Shown here in pieces: positions 14,080-28,565 of a stretch of 64,000 bases of DNA. The position numbers were made by a program, and so were the translations under genes. The stretch lies in contig CP075496.1 in the NCBI GenBank assembly GCA_021613535.1, positions 13,082,001 through 13,146,000 on the forward strand. The letters run 5' to 3'. The notes beneath the pieces are model-generated. The model saw only the letters and a program-made list of their open reading frames with translations. It did not search any database and had not been told where the DNA came from. How positions within the stretch are numbered: position 1 is the first letter of the stretch; each line of letters opens with the position of its first letter. The stretch comes from Adineta vaga (lineage: Eukaryota; Animalia; Rotifera).

Positions 14080-17000
14080 TTTTTGATAGATGTGTACGTT
14101 GTGCAGTCCGATGCGTTTATTTGATCAGTTTAAGCCAATCAAGGTTATTGTCAATGTGGACAACAATTCATCAACATTCTTCTTGATCAAGCAGTGTTTA
14201 TACACGAACTAGATCTTTTCTCTCTTCTTCTTCCTCTTCTTCTTTTTCTTTTTCTTTCAATAATAAGCATACATGCGCATATGTGCACAGAACTCTCTAA
14301 TTACTAACGGCCGTGATGTTGGTGATGGTGTTAGTACTTTCTCGCTGCTTTCTTTTTTTCTTCTTCGTCTTCCTTTCTCTGTCGTTTTTTTTCTTCTAAT
14401 GACGGCCCAGTCGATCATCCGTCATTAGACGGACTTTAAGAAAACAACAACGGAAGTGGATAAAGAATGTATTCGCGCTTACGATACAACGACGACAACG
14501 ATTAGGATGTTCGTGATAAAAGGAATCTTGTTTCTACGTTTGTGTGTATATATCTCTATATGTGTATATGTGTTGGTTTTTTGAGAATCGATTCTCGTAA
14601 TTATACGCGTAAGAAATAACCAAGCAAAGCTATGATGACAAGAAGAGAATGACAACAGTCATAGCAGTATATTCTTTCGTCTGTTTACGTCGCATGCCTC
14701 TTTTTCTTGCTGAAGTTCTGTCGTTTGTGATTGGATTGACGAACTGATAGGCGGAAAAGAAAGAAAGAGGAAATATGAAATGCAGAATCTTGTTATCTTT
14801 TTTTCTTAGAACATACGCCTCATGCACATTCTCTATGTACAAACGACATTCTTCTATCCATACTGCTTCATTTTTATGCATGTTCCACTACTATTATCAT
14901 TTAGCTAGATTTATATAAACATGACGAAAGGGAGACCATGTATCGCCTGGTGGGCGAGTGTACAAGACGAGGCAATCATTGAGTGATACACAAATACGAT
15001 TTGTTTCCTATTCTAATAAAATTGATTATGCAACGGTTGTTGTATTTCATTACCTGATGACATTTTTGATTGTATTGGAATGTAATTTAGTTGGAACTAA
15101 TTTTTGTTTTGTTATTGAATCAAAATATTATCAAATATGATAATACTAATGGTGGCTGTAGATACAACTTGAAGATAAGTAAAAAAAATCGATGATTTGT
15201 TTTTTATGATTCAAATACAATACAAGAGCTTTTCGACAAGAAGTAGAATTAAATAAAAAAAAAGAAACCAAATACGTTTGGAAGCACGTTTAACTTCTTT
15301 CAAGGTATGTTTGTAAGCAGATGGCATAAAACAATTTGTCTATATAATTACGGAAAACAAGATAGCTGTATTATTAGAAAAATCTATTTTTTTACTCTTC
15401 TTTTTTTACAAATATGTGACGATTTGTAAGATAAATCTGTATTATTAATAGCGAGTTGATTACTTCCTCAATCTAGAAGTCATGCAAAATTCTAAACTCA
15501 AATTCGTTGAAGATAACACGCTTGTTAAGATTGTTGATACACTTGTTTGTTATCAGAATTAATTCATTCTAATAACATTATCCGGTTCATATTGTATAAT
15601 CGAAATAGAAGAAAATATTATTCCAATTCAATAATCAGAAAAGGGTTGACTGGTATTTAAATGATATTATTTCTTTAAGAAATCAAGTACGTTGCGACAT
15701 CTTCATCGTATTCTCAAAATAGATGGCGATCATGACCGATAAATTCGCAACAAAGTGTAATAGGATTTATAACGAGTCACGAACGGGGATTTAATTGATG
15801 CTTACCCGTAAATGCGAATGTATTTGTTGTTAGATCAGCTGAAGTCATTAAGTATCAATAATCGTAATAGAAGATATTATACTAAAAAGAGATCATCAAT
15901 AAAAAAGTAATATAATATTATATATACGTGTATGATTAAGTTTTAACTACTATCTCTTCTACATAAAAATGTTAGAAGATATGATCTTCTTTTCAAATTA
16001 ATCATCGAGAAAGAATGAAGTTCTTCTGATCAATCAATTTTGAATAGAAATATTTTAACAAAGATACTCACTGAAACTTTTTGTGATTGATTTGTGTCAG
16101 TGAGTAAAACTATGATTGAGCATGCACGTTATATTCAAAGATAAGATGAAGAAGTTAGCTTTCTATGTTGATGAGTTCTCGCTCTTTTTCGTCGGATGAA
16201 CAATTAACAATGGTATATGATGTATTCGGGTCGATAAGCAGAGAGCATCTATAACACAATAGAAGAAGCCAAACGATAAAGATAGAAGAGAAGGAGAGAA
16301 CGTTGTATGTGAGTATTTGTGTGTTGTCTTTCTGAACTCGTATAGCCCAGCTGGAGCGAGTCGTTGTGCGCAATGTCAAATTCTCTCTTCTCCTTTCCGT
16401 ATCACATAAATTCTCTCTCATCTGCTCGTTTCTCTCTCTCTCCCTCTCTCCCTCTCTCTCCCTATGTCTTGCGTGCAAATCTCTGCTTTGCTTTTATGGC
16501 GTGTCAATCTTGTTTCTTTCATCAGCAATGGCATTCGTGAAGGAGAAGTGAGAAAGAAGAAAAAAAGATGTGCCTTCGCATGCGCGGGAGGCAAGAAGTG
16601 TAAGGAGAGACGAGACAATCGCCGTGCAACACACTAAACTTGCTTGTTGCCATTATTGATGTTATTCTTTAGTCGCGATGCGAGATGTAACACCCATATA
16701 ATTATATGAATGCACATATACGCATATAGATATTTTGTATACATATATAGACGATTGGATCACCTCCACTACCCAGGAGTCCGAGACATATTAGATTCAA
16801 TAACTATCATTATTTAACTTTTTATTTTTAATTATTAATGTCAAGAAAAGATGAAGAAAATTGAAATAGAAATATTTCTTTGATTCATTCATTCATTCTT
16901 AATCTAGTCCAAGTTCTCTGAAAGAACAAATGTCAATAACTATCAGTTTGGATTGATGATCGAACACTTCATCTAGTGGAGGAGTATTTGATTTGTCTGC

Positions 17001-19809
17001 TTATCAATTTGAAGTCATAAGATTCATCAAATGACATCATGATCATTCATATATCGATATTGACAATGAATAATGGAGTAAGAAAACTTCTCTAGACATC
17101 GAATATGTAGTTCTAAGTGAGTGGAAATAATTAGTGATAAGTAATCATACCATTTTTATTTGTTTGTCTTAAAAATAACCTTGAAGAAATGAAAGGAAAT
17201 AGACACTTGCTATTGTACTTCTTTACAAGATCTCTCTCTCACTCAACCTTCTTCTAACAAAAAGAAATTTTAACATATAAAAACTTCCGCAATGAAACAA
17301 TATCTAATCGACGTAAAAGTGAAGAATTCTCTTTCCTTCGTTAACATCAAACAATATTATGAATATAAAGATAAATATTCTACATCCTTCTACCCATATA
17401 TATATATATATATATAGAAATCGAGCTAACGATTAATTAGAAATATTCTAGATATGACATAATCATCGAATTGAAATCGTCTAGAGAAAATCGGATAAAA
17501 AACCAGGGAAGATTCATCCTTTTATGTCATTCAAAATCACATGTACTTACACTTGTATAAAAAACTAATGAATGTATACTATATTTCACAACAATGTTCT
17601 TCTCTCTTTCTTTCTTTTTTTTTGCTCTAGTAAAGTCTCGAATAGTTTTTGTAAGTGGAACATGGCTGACTTAGCATCTTCAATAAACTATGTTTTTCTT
17701 GCTTGTTTAGTTTATTTAACAAATGAACCTTGCAATAAGAAAAACTTTTCGACAATTAGCGAATGTATATCTTGCTTCATTCATCCTTACGTCTTAAAAC
17801 AAACATCGAGATGAATGATGGATACAACAGTCTCATTCATGTCCGACATATTACATTTTTGCATAATAACATTGACCGAACAATTGCTAGTAATAATATT
17901 CTCTTTCTTTTCTTTATCTCATCACCGCTTTTCAATACTGACGTGCTTTCCATTATATATGACACTTATTGACATGAAAAGTGTTCACTAGAAATATATT
18001 TTCTATTCTTATTTCCTAATCAAATTTTAAGCTTTTTTTTCTTGTTTTTTTCTTCAATTAAAAATTCTTGCTTTGTTTGATTTTGTACTGGAAAATTATA
18101 ATGAAGAATATTCGACGAACAAAAATACAATCTAACGAGCCTTCTCTTTGATGCTTGATCATCGATCGAGATAAACTTTTTGACAGACATAACAAACGAT
18201 GATTTTTATCGAGCATTCAATCAAATTTGCAGAATACAGACAGAAGTAATGTGTATATATATGCATATGTATCTTTGTGAACGAACTCAAATGATACTGT
18301 CTGAGATCTTTCTGCATATGGTCTGACAAATAATCAATATCTTAGAAAAAGAACTGATTAGAAACGATTCGAGACTAATAAGGGGTAAAACAAATGTTTT
18401 TTATTGTTTATTTATTTGATAAAAAAATTACTTTTGTTTGAGTAGTAATTTGATTCTTTGATTAGATATGTAAATTTGAATATAATGTTCTCTATTTTGG
18501 TGACATTGTAATCTATCTATAAACATGTTAATATTACACAAGAAATAGACACTAAAAATCTTATGTAATAGATATTTTATATTCAAAATAATGACTACGA
18601 CTCTTCTGCTCGTGTTTGATAGTCATAGTATAGTGTTTTCTTTCTTTCATCCAAAAAGAAGTATGAAATAATCTAAGGTCGATATGCCCTTTCTTCTGAA
18701 TATTTTCTAATATTTATGAATAATTCATAACATTCATTCCCAGCCTTTGAAATTCCGTTATGATAGACTGATTGCATTCCATTTCATAGATAAAGACTAC
18801 CAATAAAATTCTACGAATATCAATATTTACGATACTATGTATGTTTATCGGTCTATTAAACTCCAAATATAATGTTCTAATCAGAAACCGATTGTTCGAT
18901 TGAATGAAACATTTTTTGTGTAATCGATTTCAAAGAAATCTTATTCATGGAAGAAAACATTTTCTTTCAGTAGAACATAACAAGAATCCTTAGAAAAAGA
19001 ATGAAATAAAATGAAATCATTATTAAATTAGTTCATACTCATGTGTCGTCGATTTATAAGTAGTATTCACTATAATACATTTGAATTGCTATATAATGCA
19101 TGGAATTAGATGATAATGTATCTTATTGCACATATTGTAACGTAATTATCCACATGATTTGCGCATTAGCAAAGGATATGAAGTACATCAGATAGTGGAA
19201 TAAAGGAAATGAGTGTCGAGTAATAAAGAAAAAAGAAGAAGAAGAAGAAGAAGATTATCAATTATTTTATTTCAAGTAAATATTACGAATAGCTTTTATA
19301 AATTAAGATATATGAATAATTGATACGAAACATTGATTGAAGACCTCAGTTATAATAATAAATAGAACATTATTATTGCTGCTAATATTGATGGAAAGAT
19401 ATATGAGTAATGTCTTTTTGAGACGGATTGATTATAGTTTCAGCTGATAAAATAGTTCTCTGATAGTAAAAATAACAATTCATAGTAAATTCTTTTGTAG
19501 CATTCAAACATCATCTCAAGCATTTCTTGATGTCACTATTCGTAAGAATAGTATAGATATAATTTCAGCATAAATCCATGAAATCAATCATTTTATCTCA
19601 TTTTATTTAAACATCAAAATTCGTCAGTTTGGTATTTCTTTATAGTTGGATAGATTGTGTACATGACATGGATTCTAAATAATGAAACAAAAGATCATTT
19701 ATCGATTGAAAACAATGAGCATATAAAGCAGAGAAAAGTTGTCAGCAAGCAATAAATATGCATGTATATAGTTATCAATTAACAATTAGCGGAAGAATCT
19801 TGATTAAAA

Positions 19810-21589
19810 TCAATTGAGATCACGAGTAAATAGTTGAAGCTGAGAAGCTGTAGATGTTGATGAAGAAGGTCGATCAATAGCAGGTGTAAATAATAATGCT
19901 TGAGCATGTTGTTGTTGTGATGAAGAATCAAGATCAAGTTCATCATCATTATCATGCAATTGTCGCATAATAATACCTTCTTGTTGTGCTTCATTGATTA
20001 ATAATTGAATAATTTCATCGGTTATCATTGGTCCTCGAGGATTTTCAACATAATGTGTTAATGTATAATTCGTTAAATCATTAAAATCAATTGCTTGTTG
20101 ATCTTGTTTATCTTGATTTAAAAGTGAATAACGTGTTTTCATTTCATCAACTGCGCATTGACCTAAATATTCAACGAAGAAGAAAAAAAAATACAGAAAA
20201 CTTTGAAAAGTTGAATTTTATTAAATTTAATTTTACCAAGTAATTCATTCAATTGTTCATCGGAAAGAACGGCTTCAATCTTTTCCTCTATCATTGGTCG
20301 ATGTAAATTTTCAAGTTTTTCATCAATTTGTCTCAATCTTAACATATGTTCACGTTGTAAACGTGTTTCTTTTAATGTTCGTTCACCAAAATGATTTTCC
20401 ATTTGATCATTTTCTTCATTTGTAATCTGTTGCATATGACTATAATCAATATCATTCGAATAATTATTTCGTCGTAATTGATGATTTAATAATGGATTAT
20501 AATATTCTCTTTCTAATAGATCATCAATTTCTTTTAAACGTTGATTATCATTTAATGATGGAATATAACCATTGATTTGTTCAGTTGCTAATGCAACAAC
20601 ATTTCCTGGTTCATCTTCATTTAATAATTGATTTAAACGTTGTTTTTCATCATCAGTCATTGCCCATGTACCACCGATTTCTTTTGCTAATTGAATATTA
20701 CGTTTAATAAAATCTTTTTCTGGTGCTTTCATTTTCTTTGATTTATCTTTATTATTTAGTGTTGAATTCGATGATATACTAGATTTTTTCTTATTATTAT
20801 TTACTGAAGAATTTTTTGTATTATTATTATTTACAGAATCTTTGTCATTTTTATTTGTACTATGTGAATCATCGAGTGGATCATTTAATTGTGTTTTAAA
20901 TATTGATTCTGTTGATTGAGGATTTTCCGAATCTATAACATAACCATCTAATCGTAAAATTTCATCATCTAATGCTAGAAATCGTTTTAAATTCGATTCT
21001 GTATGAGATAATTCATTTGTATCATCACGCAAAACACCACTCATTGATTGCATTTCAGTACGTAATCTAAATGAATAAATGTTTATTTGTCAAAAGATAA
21101 TAGCGACATACTTTTTCATTAATGACATTGTTTCAATTTTTACTTGTTTTTCTTTTTCGAATGCTTCTTCAAGTGCTCGATCGAGTCGTTTCATTTTTAA
21201 ATAAGCATCATCTAATTTAACTTCATTTCCGATATCAATTGCATCTATTTTATAAGAGAAAAGAAAGTTTTCCAAACAATTCCTTATTATTTCGACAAAC
21301 CATCTTTATCCGGTTGATACTTTTCTTGTAATTGTTTAATAAAATATTGTTCTTGATGAGAATTATTTTCTTTAGTTGTAGATTTAATTGGTGGTAATAT
21401 GGAATAATTATTAAGACTAGATGAAGTTCGATGACCATTTTCTTCATCATCTTGCACGGATTTCGTACTATTCTCATCTGAATAATCATCATTTTGAGCT
21501 AAACAATCAATTGTTGTTTAATTTCTTTCATTTTTTTTCTCAATAAATTACTTACATTTATAATCATTATCATCCTGTTGATCAGCCAT
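19810..21589 (-). CDS. FSIP1: Fibrous sheath-interacting protein 1 family
   Basis: KMKRLDRALEEAFEKEKQVK, NLKRFLAL, KDFIKRNIQLAKE...MTDDEKQRLNQLL and RLKEIDDLL match conserved FSIP1 blocks; ATG at 21589 followed by a GTAAGT donor. Confidence 0.8.
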
Positions 21590-21953
21590 ATTTTTCGCAA
21601 TAAATCTACAATTTTTCTTTTCAATTATGACTTCTGTTGACAAGACAACTGAATAGAGGATATAGATGTCGCTAGGCTCTTTCTTTAAATTAATCCTTAT
21701 TTTCCTTTGAGATAATTTGTTGTTTTTTTTGAATATAAAAGAATATTGTTTTTCTTTCTTTTTTTTTATTTTATTAAAATGAATTCATTTGAAATAATTA
21801 ATAAATGCATATTATTTATTTATTTATTTCCTATGACTTTCCTTGATGATTGTGAGTCATAAGGTTTAACATCTTTTTGTTTACATTCAGATTAGATTCC
21901 TTGATCAAATTACTCGTTTATCTTAGTATTCGACATTTTCAAGGAAATTTTCA
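21590..21953. promoter_or_regulatory. Probable bidirectional promoter FSIP1/RIC8
   Basis: Head-to-head start codons 364 bp apart; no specific motif identified. Confidence 0.45.
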
Positions 21954-24850
21954 ATGGCTTCGTCAGATGACGATTTCAATAAACTTGATACGTTGTCTGA
22001 TGATGAATATTTGGCATTAACCGAAAGATTCTATGAAAAAGTAAAAGTTGATAATTAGAAATCTTTTTCTATGTTGATTATCTCTGTTTAGAATGCAAAT
22101 AATTTCGCCTTTCCTCAACTTGATCTGGATAAAAAACAACGACTTGTTAAGGAATTATTCACACGTTTACGTTCATTTAATTCAAATGCAACTCATCTGT
22201 GTTTAAAAACATTACGTTTATTGACACGAGATCGTGAAGGACTTGATGTAATGTTATTCATCATTTAGATTCTATTTTTTATTTACTATTAACGAATTCT
22301 AGGTACTTACGGGATCATCGGTGCTTGAACCATTGCAAAAATTAGCTGGTTTAGACTGTGCCAAAGTTGATGTTAATCCAACAGATATTCAAAGTAAATT
22401 TTCATACGGATATGGTTTGATTTTGTTATGATAAGTGTTGGTTTTTTTTTAAAGATGTAATCGAAGCACAAAAATGCATGTCGAATTTAATTTATATGAG
22501 TCCAGCAGTACAAAAATTCTATAGTGTTAGTGGTGTTGCTGATGCGATAACACAACGTATTAAAGAAACAACAGCTACGAAATTAAATGATGGGATAAGA
22601 TTTTTTGATATGAGAATGCTTTTTCTTTTAACTGCTTTGAATGCTGATATAAGGTATGTATGATTGGAATTTGAATGAAAAATTAAATAGAAAAATATTT
22701 CAAAATTTGATTGTAGACAACGTGTTCGAGAAAAATTCCATGGTCTTTCTTATTTATTTGAAATTATTAATCAAATTATGTCATCAAAGAGTGAACCAGT
22801 TGCTGCTGCAGATTCAGGTTTGTTCATTTTTACGATTATTTACTATGCTTTTCTTTTAATTGGAAAATTAGTGAGACACAATGTAGGGAAATCTCATAAA
22901 GTAATACATTATATGATAATTATTGTCACGGACCATTTAAGATACCACTACCGGCAGTAGAAATACCTGTCCTTTATATTTGTTTACTCATTTATGAGTA
23001 ACAACGAATGACTGACAGAAAAATTAAGATTTGCATACATTCGATAGGTTCTCAAAAGAAATTTAGTAGTCTTACATAATAATTATAACAACAAGTGTAT
23101 AGATGAGGGATTTATGGAAACTTGTCTTGTACGTACCCTGGAATACATTCTTTCATGTCAAGTCAAATCAGAAGAGAATTAGATGAGACAAAAGTCTGCG
23201 AGCATTTTTTAGAATGTGAAATAGTTTTTATCGCCTCAGGTCAATGTCATATAATAGAAAATGCGTAAAATACATGATAATCCTCTGTACAATCTATCTT
23301 CATCTAAGAATAGTTCGAAGTCAAGATAATACACAAGAAAACATTCTCTTAGATTAGTTTTATTCTGATAAACACGTACGCATGCGTAATGTTATGTTGA
23401 CAAAAGAACTTGATCATTGTTTATTTAGGTATAATTTTATCAAATGAAGATATCGACTATTTAATTGAAATTTTGAAAACACTTTATAATCTTACTGTTG
23501 ATTTACCAAATTTAACTCATTCATATGCTATACAAGAAGAAGAAGAAGAAGGACATTTAATGAGATTAGTTAGTATTCTTCGTGAATTATTATTATGTTA
23601 TGGACCTAATGATGAAAAACAGATGGAATTACGAAAGTAAAATGAATGAGTTTCGTTTTTATTTTTTCATTTTTATCATAATGATTTGTTTTATAGTCAT
23701 ATAATTAATCTTCTAACAAATATGCCTAAAACATGTTTTGAAGAATTACTTTCACCCGCTGTTTTGGAAGATGACAATGGTAATGATGAACATGATGGTA
23801 AAAATATGGAAGCAATTAATATTATTCTTCATTTTCTTGATCATCGTATTATAAAAGCTGAAGTAAAAGCATCAAGTTAATTTCTTTTTCTTCTGTAATC
23901 AAATTATTTTAGGGAACAAAGAATGCAAAAGAAGCTCTGTTACCCGTTCTTCAACTTCTTATACTTATGTGTCAATCAAATCGAACAATACGAAAATTTT
24001 GTCGACAATATATTTTACCACCACTTGGTGATGAAGTTTTGAATTTACCTACCGAAGGACAAAAATTACGGAACAAGTAAAAATAAAAGCATTTTTTTTT
24101 CTTTCTCAATTTTATCTTTATTGATATTTAGATTAACGCGTATGATGACAAATCCGAATTCCGAATTGAAAACACTTGCTGCAAAATTACTTTTTGTACT
24201 TTGTAAAGAAAGCGGTACGTATGAAATATAAAGCGAAATAATGGTTTATTGACTTCGTTCTTTTTTATTATTTTAGTTGATCGATTAATTAAATATACTG
24301 GTTATGGAAATGCGGCTGGTCTTCTTTATGATTTTGGTTTGCTTGGTCCTCAGCATAATATAACTAAAGATCAATATTCAAGTGATTCTGATGAATCAGA
24401 TACGGAAAATTATAAGAAAATCCGTGATCACTATGGGTAAACAAATCTTCTTGTTCAAATGAATATTTTTTCATAAAAATCTATTTTTAGCATTGATCCA
24501 GTAACAGGTCGTGCACATGTCAAACGTCATGAAGATCCAACAGAAGGTTGGACTGAAGAACGAAAAATGGTTGAAGTTGATAAGCTTCTCAATACATTAG
24601 ATCGTGCTATGACGTAAAAATCTTTCTTTTGTTTTTCTTTTTTAAATTTCTATTCATTAATACAATTTTCTTTTTCTCTAGTCATGGTTTAATTCAACCA
24701 ATGGTTATGGATGCAAATGGAAATCAAGTTCCAGCTGAAAGTGTTCTGCAATTTCGCGAAGCTAATTTACTTGCACATCATACCAATGATCTTCGAGCTT
24801 CAGAATCAAGTGATGATGAAGGTGATGGTGGTCAAGTTGGAAAAAAATAA
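21954..24850 (+). CDS. RIC8: Synembryn / RIC-8 G-alpha GEF and chaperone
   Basis: [46 protein letters not shown]|[37 protein letters not shown]. Confidence 0.95.
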
Positions 24851-25179
24851 ATCCATATAGACAAAACTTTACAAACGATGCTCATTTTATATCTAGAAAA
24901 ATGCTTTGTTTGATCTGAATGTTGTCTCGTGAAAATCGAAGAAAAAAAAACAAATAATTTAACAGTGTATCTTTAGTCAGTTTTACAATATGAGATCTGT
25001 AAATATTCATCATGTTTTTATTCGTGTCCTAGTCATTCTAATCTTGTTGTTGTGTATTTCCTCTTTGTTCTATTTTGGTATATTTCATTTACATCAGCGC
25101 GGCTTTTTTTCTTCTTCTTCTTCTTTTCTTTCGTTTTTTGTCTTTGGATAAAAATCTATCATGAAAATTTTCTTTGCAG

Positions 25180-26871
25180 ATGAAAAGTCTCTGGTGTCTT
25201 TTGTTCCTATTTAGTCGAATTGATTCGATTATTGCTTGGGAAAGTTATGAACTTGATCTATTTGATTTAGTGGAAGAAATTGGATTGAATACGAATTTTT
25301 ATGATTTTATTGGAATTGAAAAAACAGCTGAAATAGGTGAAATTAAGAAAGCATATAGGTAGAAAGATTCATGTTCTTTTTTTATTGAATAAAACAATTT
25401 TTAATTTTAAAGAAAACTTTCACTGTTATGGCATCCGGATAAATCTGATGATCCAAATGCGGGAGAAAAATTTCGTCGTCTTGTTGCTGTTTACGAAATT
25501 CTTAAAGATGAACAACGTCGTACACGATATGATCGAATACTTGTGGAAGGTTTACCCAAATGGAATCAACCGATTTATTATTATCGACGTGCAAAAAAAT
25601 TACGTTTTTGGGAAATTTTTACTATTTTAACTTTTATTATGACCATTGGACATTATTTGGTTCTTTGGGCAAGTTATTTTGAATCGACTTTAGCTATGGT
25701 GAAGTAAGATCATTTGATCGATATGGAAAATTTCTCATGGGGGTGGTTTTTTTTTTCTTTCAAAACTATTGTAGAATGAACGATCAATGGATGTGAGAAA
25801 ACGACTGGAGAAAAAATTGAAGAAATCAAATAAAATGAAAGAAGTTGATCAAACGATGGTGGAAGAAGAAATGGCTCGAATTATTCCAGGTATAGAAGAA
25901 CATAGGAGACTTTCTCGAGAAATGAAGACATCTTGACCGTAAAACGGAAGAAGAATCTTCTATGAAGTTATTTCTTCACATTTAAGTGCTTTATAAGATG
26001 ATAATCTATCATATAATGTCTAAAGAATCAATTGTGTTACTTAGATAATACAAATTCTTATAGAAAATTTCATATTAAATTATGACTTTCTTTTAATCTA
26101 GTTCTTAAAACACCACAATTGACCGATATTCTACCAATCAAATTTGCGTTTTTCTTAATGAACCATCATTTTTTACTTCCACATCTAAAAGATCTTCTAC
26201 TTAAATTGCTACATTCTCGTAATAAATCTTCGTCAATGAAAACTATTCCATCCGACGATGAAGTGGAAGATGAAACAAATAATTTAACAAGTAAAAAATC
26301 TCCTATTACGCGTATTAATGATATCGTACCAGAAATGGCAACAAATCCCAATGCACCTGTGGTTTCATATTTAACAACAAATTCATTATCAACTGAAACT
26401 GATCATTCATCCGATTCTCGTAAATCTATTCGTTCATGGTCCGATGAAGAAAAACAATTACTATGTAAAACTATTGTTCGATTTCCACCAGGAACGCCAC
26501 GACGATGGGAAAAAATCGCTGAAGTTATGGGTCGTCATGTATCACAAGTTCTTGACATGGCTAAACAAATTCAAAACACAGTTGGATCTAGTACTAATAC
26601 TGTTTTTCAAGATAATCATTCAACATTTTCCTCGACAACACCAATCGATCAAAATATAATTACTGAACGGGAAACATTAGATTCTGTATCTGATTGGTCT
26701 CAAACAGATCAACATTTACTTGAATGTGCTTTAAAAACGGTACCAAAAGATACACCTGGTGCTGATCGATGGGAACAAATTGCACTTTGTATACCTGGTA
26801 AAACACGTGACGATTGTTTAGCACGTTATCGTTTTATTGTTCAACGTGTTAAAGCTAAAAAGATCGTTTAA
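25180..26871 (+). CDS. DNAJC1: DnaJ homolog subfamily C member 1 (ERdj1): signal peptide, J domain, TM segment, two SANT/Myb domains
   Basis: AWESYELDLFDLVEEIGLNTNFYDF; LWHPDK; SANT repeats WSDEEKQLL...FPPGTPRRWEKIAEVMGR and WSQTDQHLLECAL...DRWEQIALCIPGKTRDDC. Confidence 0.93.
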
Positions 26872-27213
26872 AGTGCGTGTGTGTGTGTGTATGTTTTTTT
26901 TTCTTTCTCGCTAGTGAAACCAAAAGGAAAAGGATAGTTTGTTATTTTATTTTCTGTCCGTTCGTTATTATTTATGGGCATACATTTCCCGCAATTATTC
27001 TTTTAAAAATAAAAAAGAACACGTTAATAATAAGTACATAATCACATCTATTTAATAAATTATTGTTGAGATTAAAAAATAACATAATTTCGTTTTCATT
27101 TTCTCTCTTAAATCTGAATAAAATAAGAGAACAGATAGATCGATGAATTCAATTAACTATTCGAACACAAAATTTGTCTGTTTTCTAAATTAGTTCAATG
27201 TTAATGTTTGTAG

Positions 27214-28565
27214 TCATGTCGTCGAGATTCGATTAGATAACGACGAAGTTGACAATGTGTTCTGTTGTTGTTGCGAACGCGAAGATGATTTAAAGAAAAA
27301 TGATCGTAAACGTGTCAATCGATTCGTATGTTTCGTCGTTGCTTTGGATGTTAATGAAAGAAGTTCACTCGTCTTTGAAGCTTCAATCAAAGAATTATTA
27401 TCTGTTGATGATACACTAACTGATTGCGATGTTGTTAATAATGATGGAATTGTTGAGCTAAATTAAATAGTAATATGAATTTGTTCTTTCTATAATAAGA
27501 ATTGTTGATTAATGTTAAAAGATGTAGAACAAATATTAATTTAGTCTATTTTTATATTTTTCCTAGTATAATTATGACTTCAACTGAAAGGAAAGATATA
27601 ATCGTTTGAAGTTAATTAAACGAAGAGAAGAAAAAACGAGCAGAAGAAGAAAGAAAACTCATTATGTTCTATTATTATCTTCGTAACTAGGGGAAAAGAA
27701 ACTGTGTATCATATACTGAAATAATATTGATTTTTACATTCTTTAGATTCAGTTCTATAGTGTCAATAGTCAATTATTTATCAATTTAACTGGAAAAATA
27801 TTTATTCATTATGTCAGTTTTTTCTTCTCCTTTTTTTCTTCAATATTTACATACGTACTCATGTTTAATAAGTGGAATCGAATGGTTTTCATCATCGACA
27901 CCTTCATCATCTTCTTCTTCAACGACCATATTTGTATGATGTTTACCAAAATGACTTGTTGTCAGAGGAAATGATGCTGTCGATGACGTAAATGAACGAG
28001 TTGATGATGATAAATTTGTTTTTGAATTTTCTTTTGTTGATGATGAACGTTTGAATAATCTTGCTTTGAAATTCTTTTTCATAGGATGTTCATCACGCAT
28101 AAATCCATGATTCGTTACACAACATGTTGATGAGGAAATATTTGTTGTTAATGGTAGAGATATTTTCGATGTCGAATAGAATAAATGATCTCGAAGTGAT
28201 CTGGAATATATCCATGAATTTTCACGATCGATGTTTTGAGAAGGAATAGTTGTCGTACTACGATTACGACGAGTTGATTTTGAATTAATATATACAGGTA
28301 CAAAAACATAACGACAATCCATATAACGTTCTTCGAAACGCTTTCTTAAATCTTCTGTATAAATCCATGAATTCGATGATGAGAGAGAAGATGAAGGCAT
28401 TTTGCCGACAGAATTTGATAAGTATTTCTGTTTCCGTGATAGATTCGTTCGATCAGACGAAAGAAGTCTTGAAATACTTGTTGTTGATGTTGATGGAGCA
28501 GTTGTATTTGCAGCAATCGTATTGTTAGCTGTCTCAAGAGCCAACAAGCCATAATAGAGAACCAT
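27214..28565 (-). CDS. Uncharacterised Ser/Thr-rich protein, about 315 aa, 2 coding exons
   Basis: The 241-aa ORF splices at GA|gtacgt (~27858) to ttag|CTC (~27458) and continues in frame as DSTIPSLL...NRISTT*; no domain recognised. Confidence 0.6.

Noticed and set aside
16065-16106. 10-bp inverted repeat (also 32587-32620)
   Set aside because: Several such stems are expected by chance in 64 kb of AT-rich DNA
22924-23402. TGTCA...TGACA termini in the long RIC8 intron, suggesting a solo LTR
   Set aside because: Only a 5-bp inverted match and no target-site duplication
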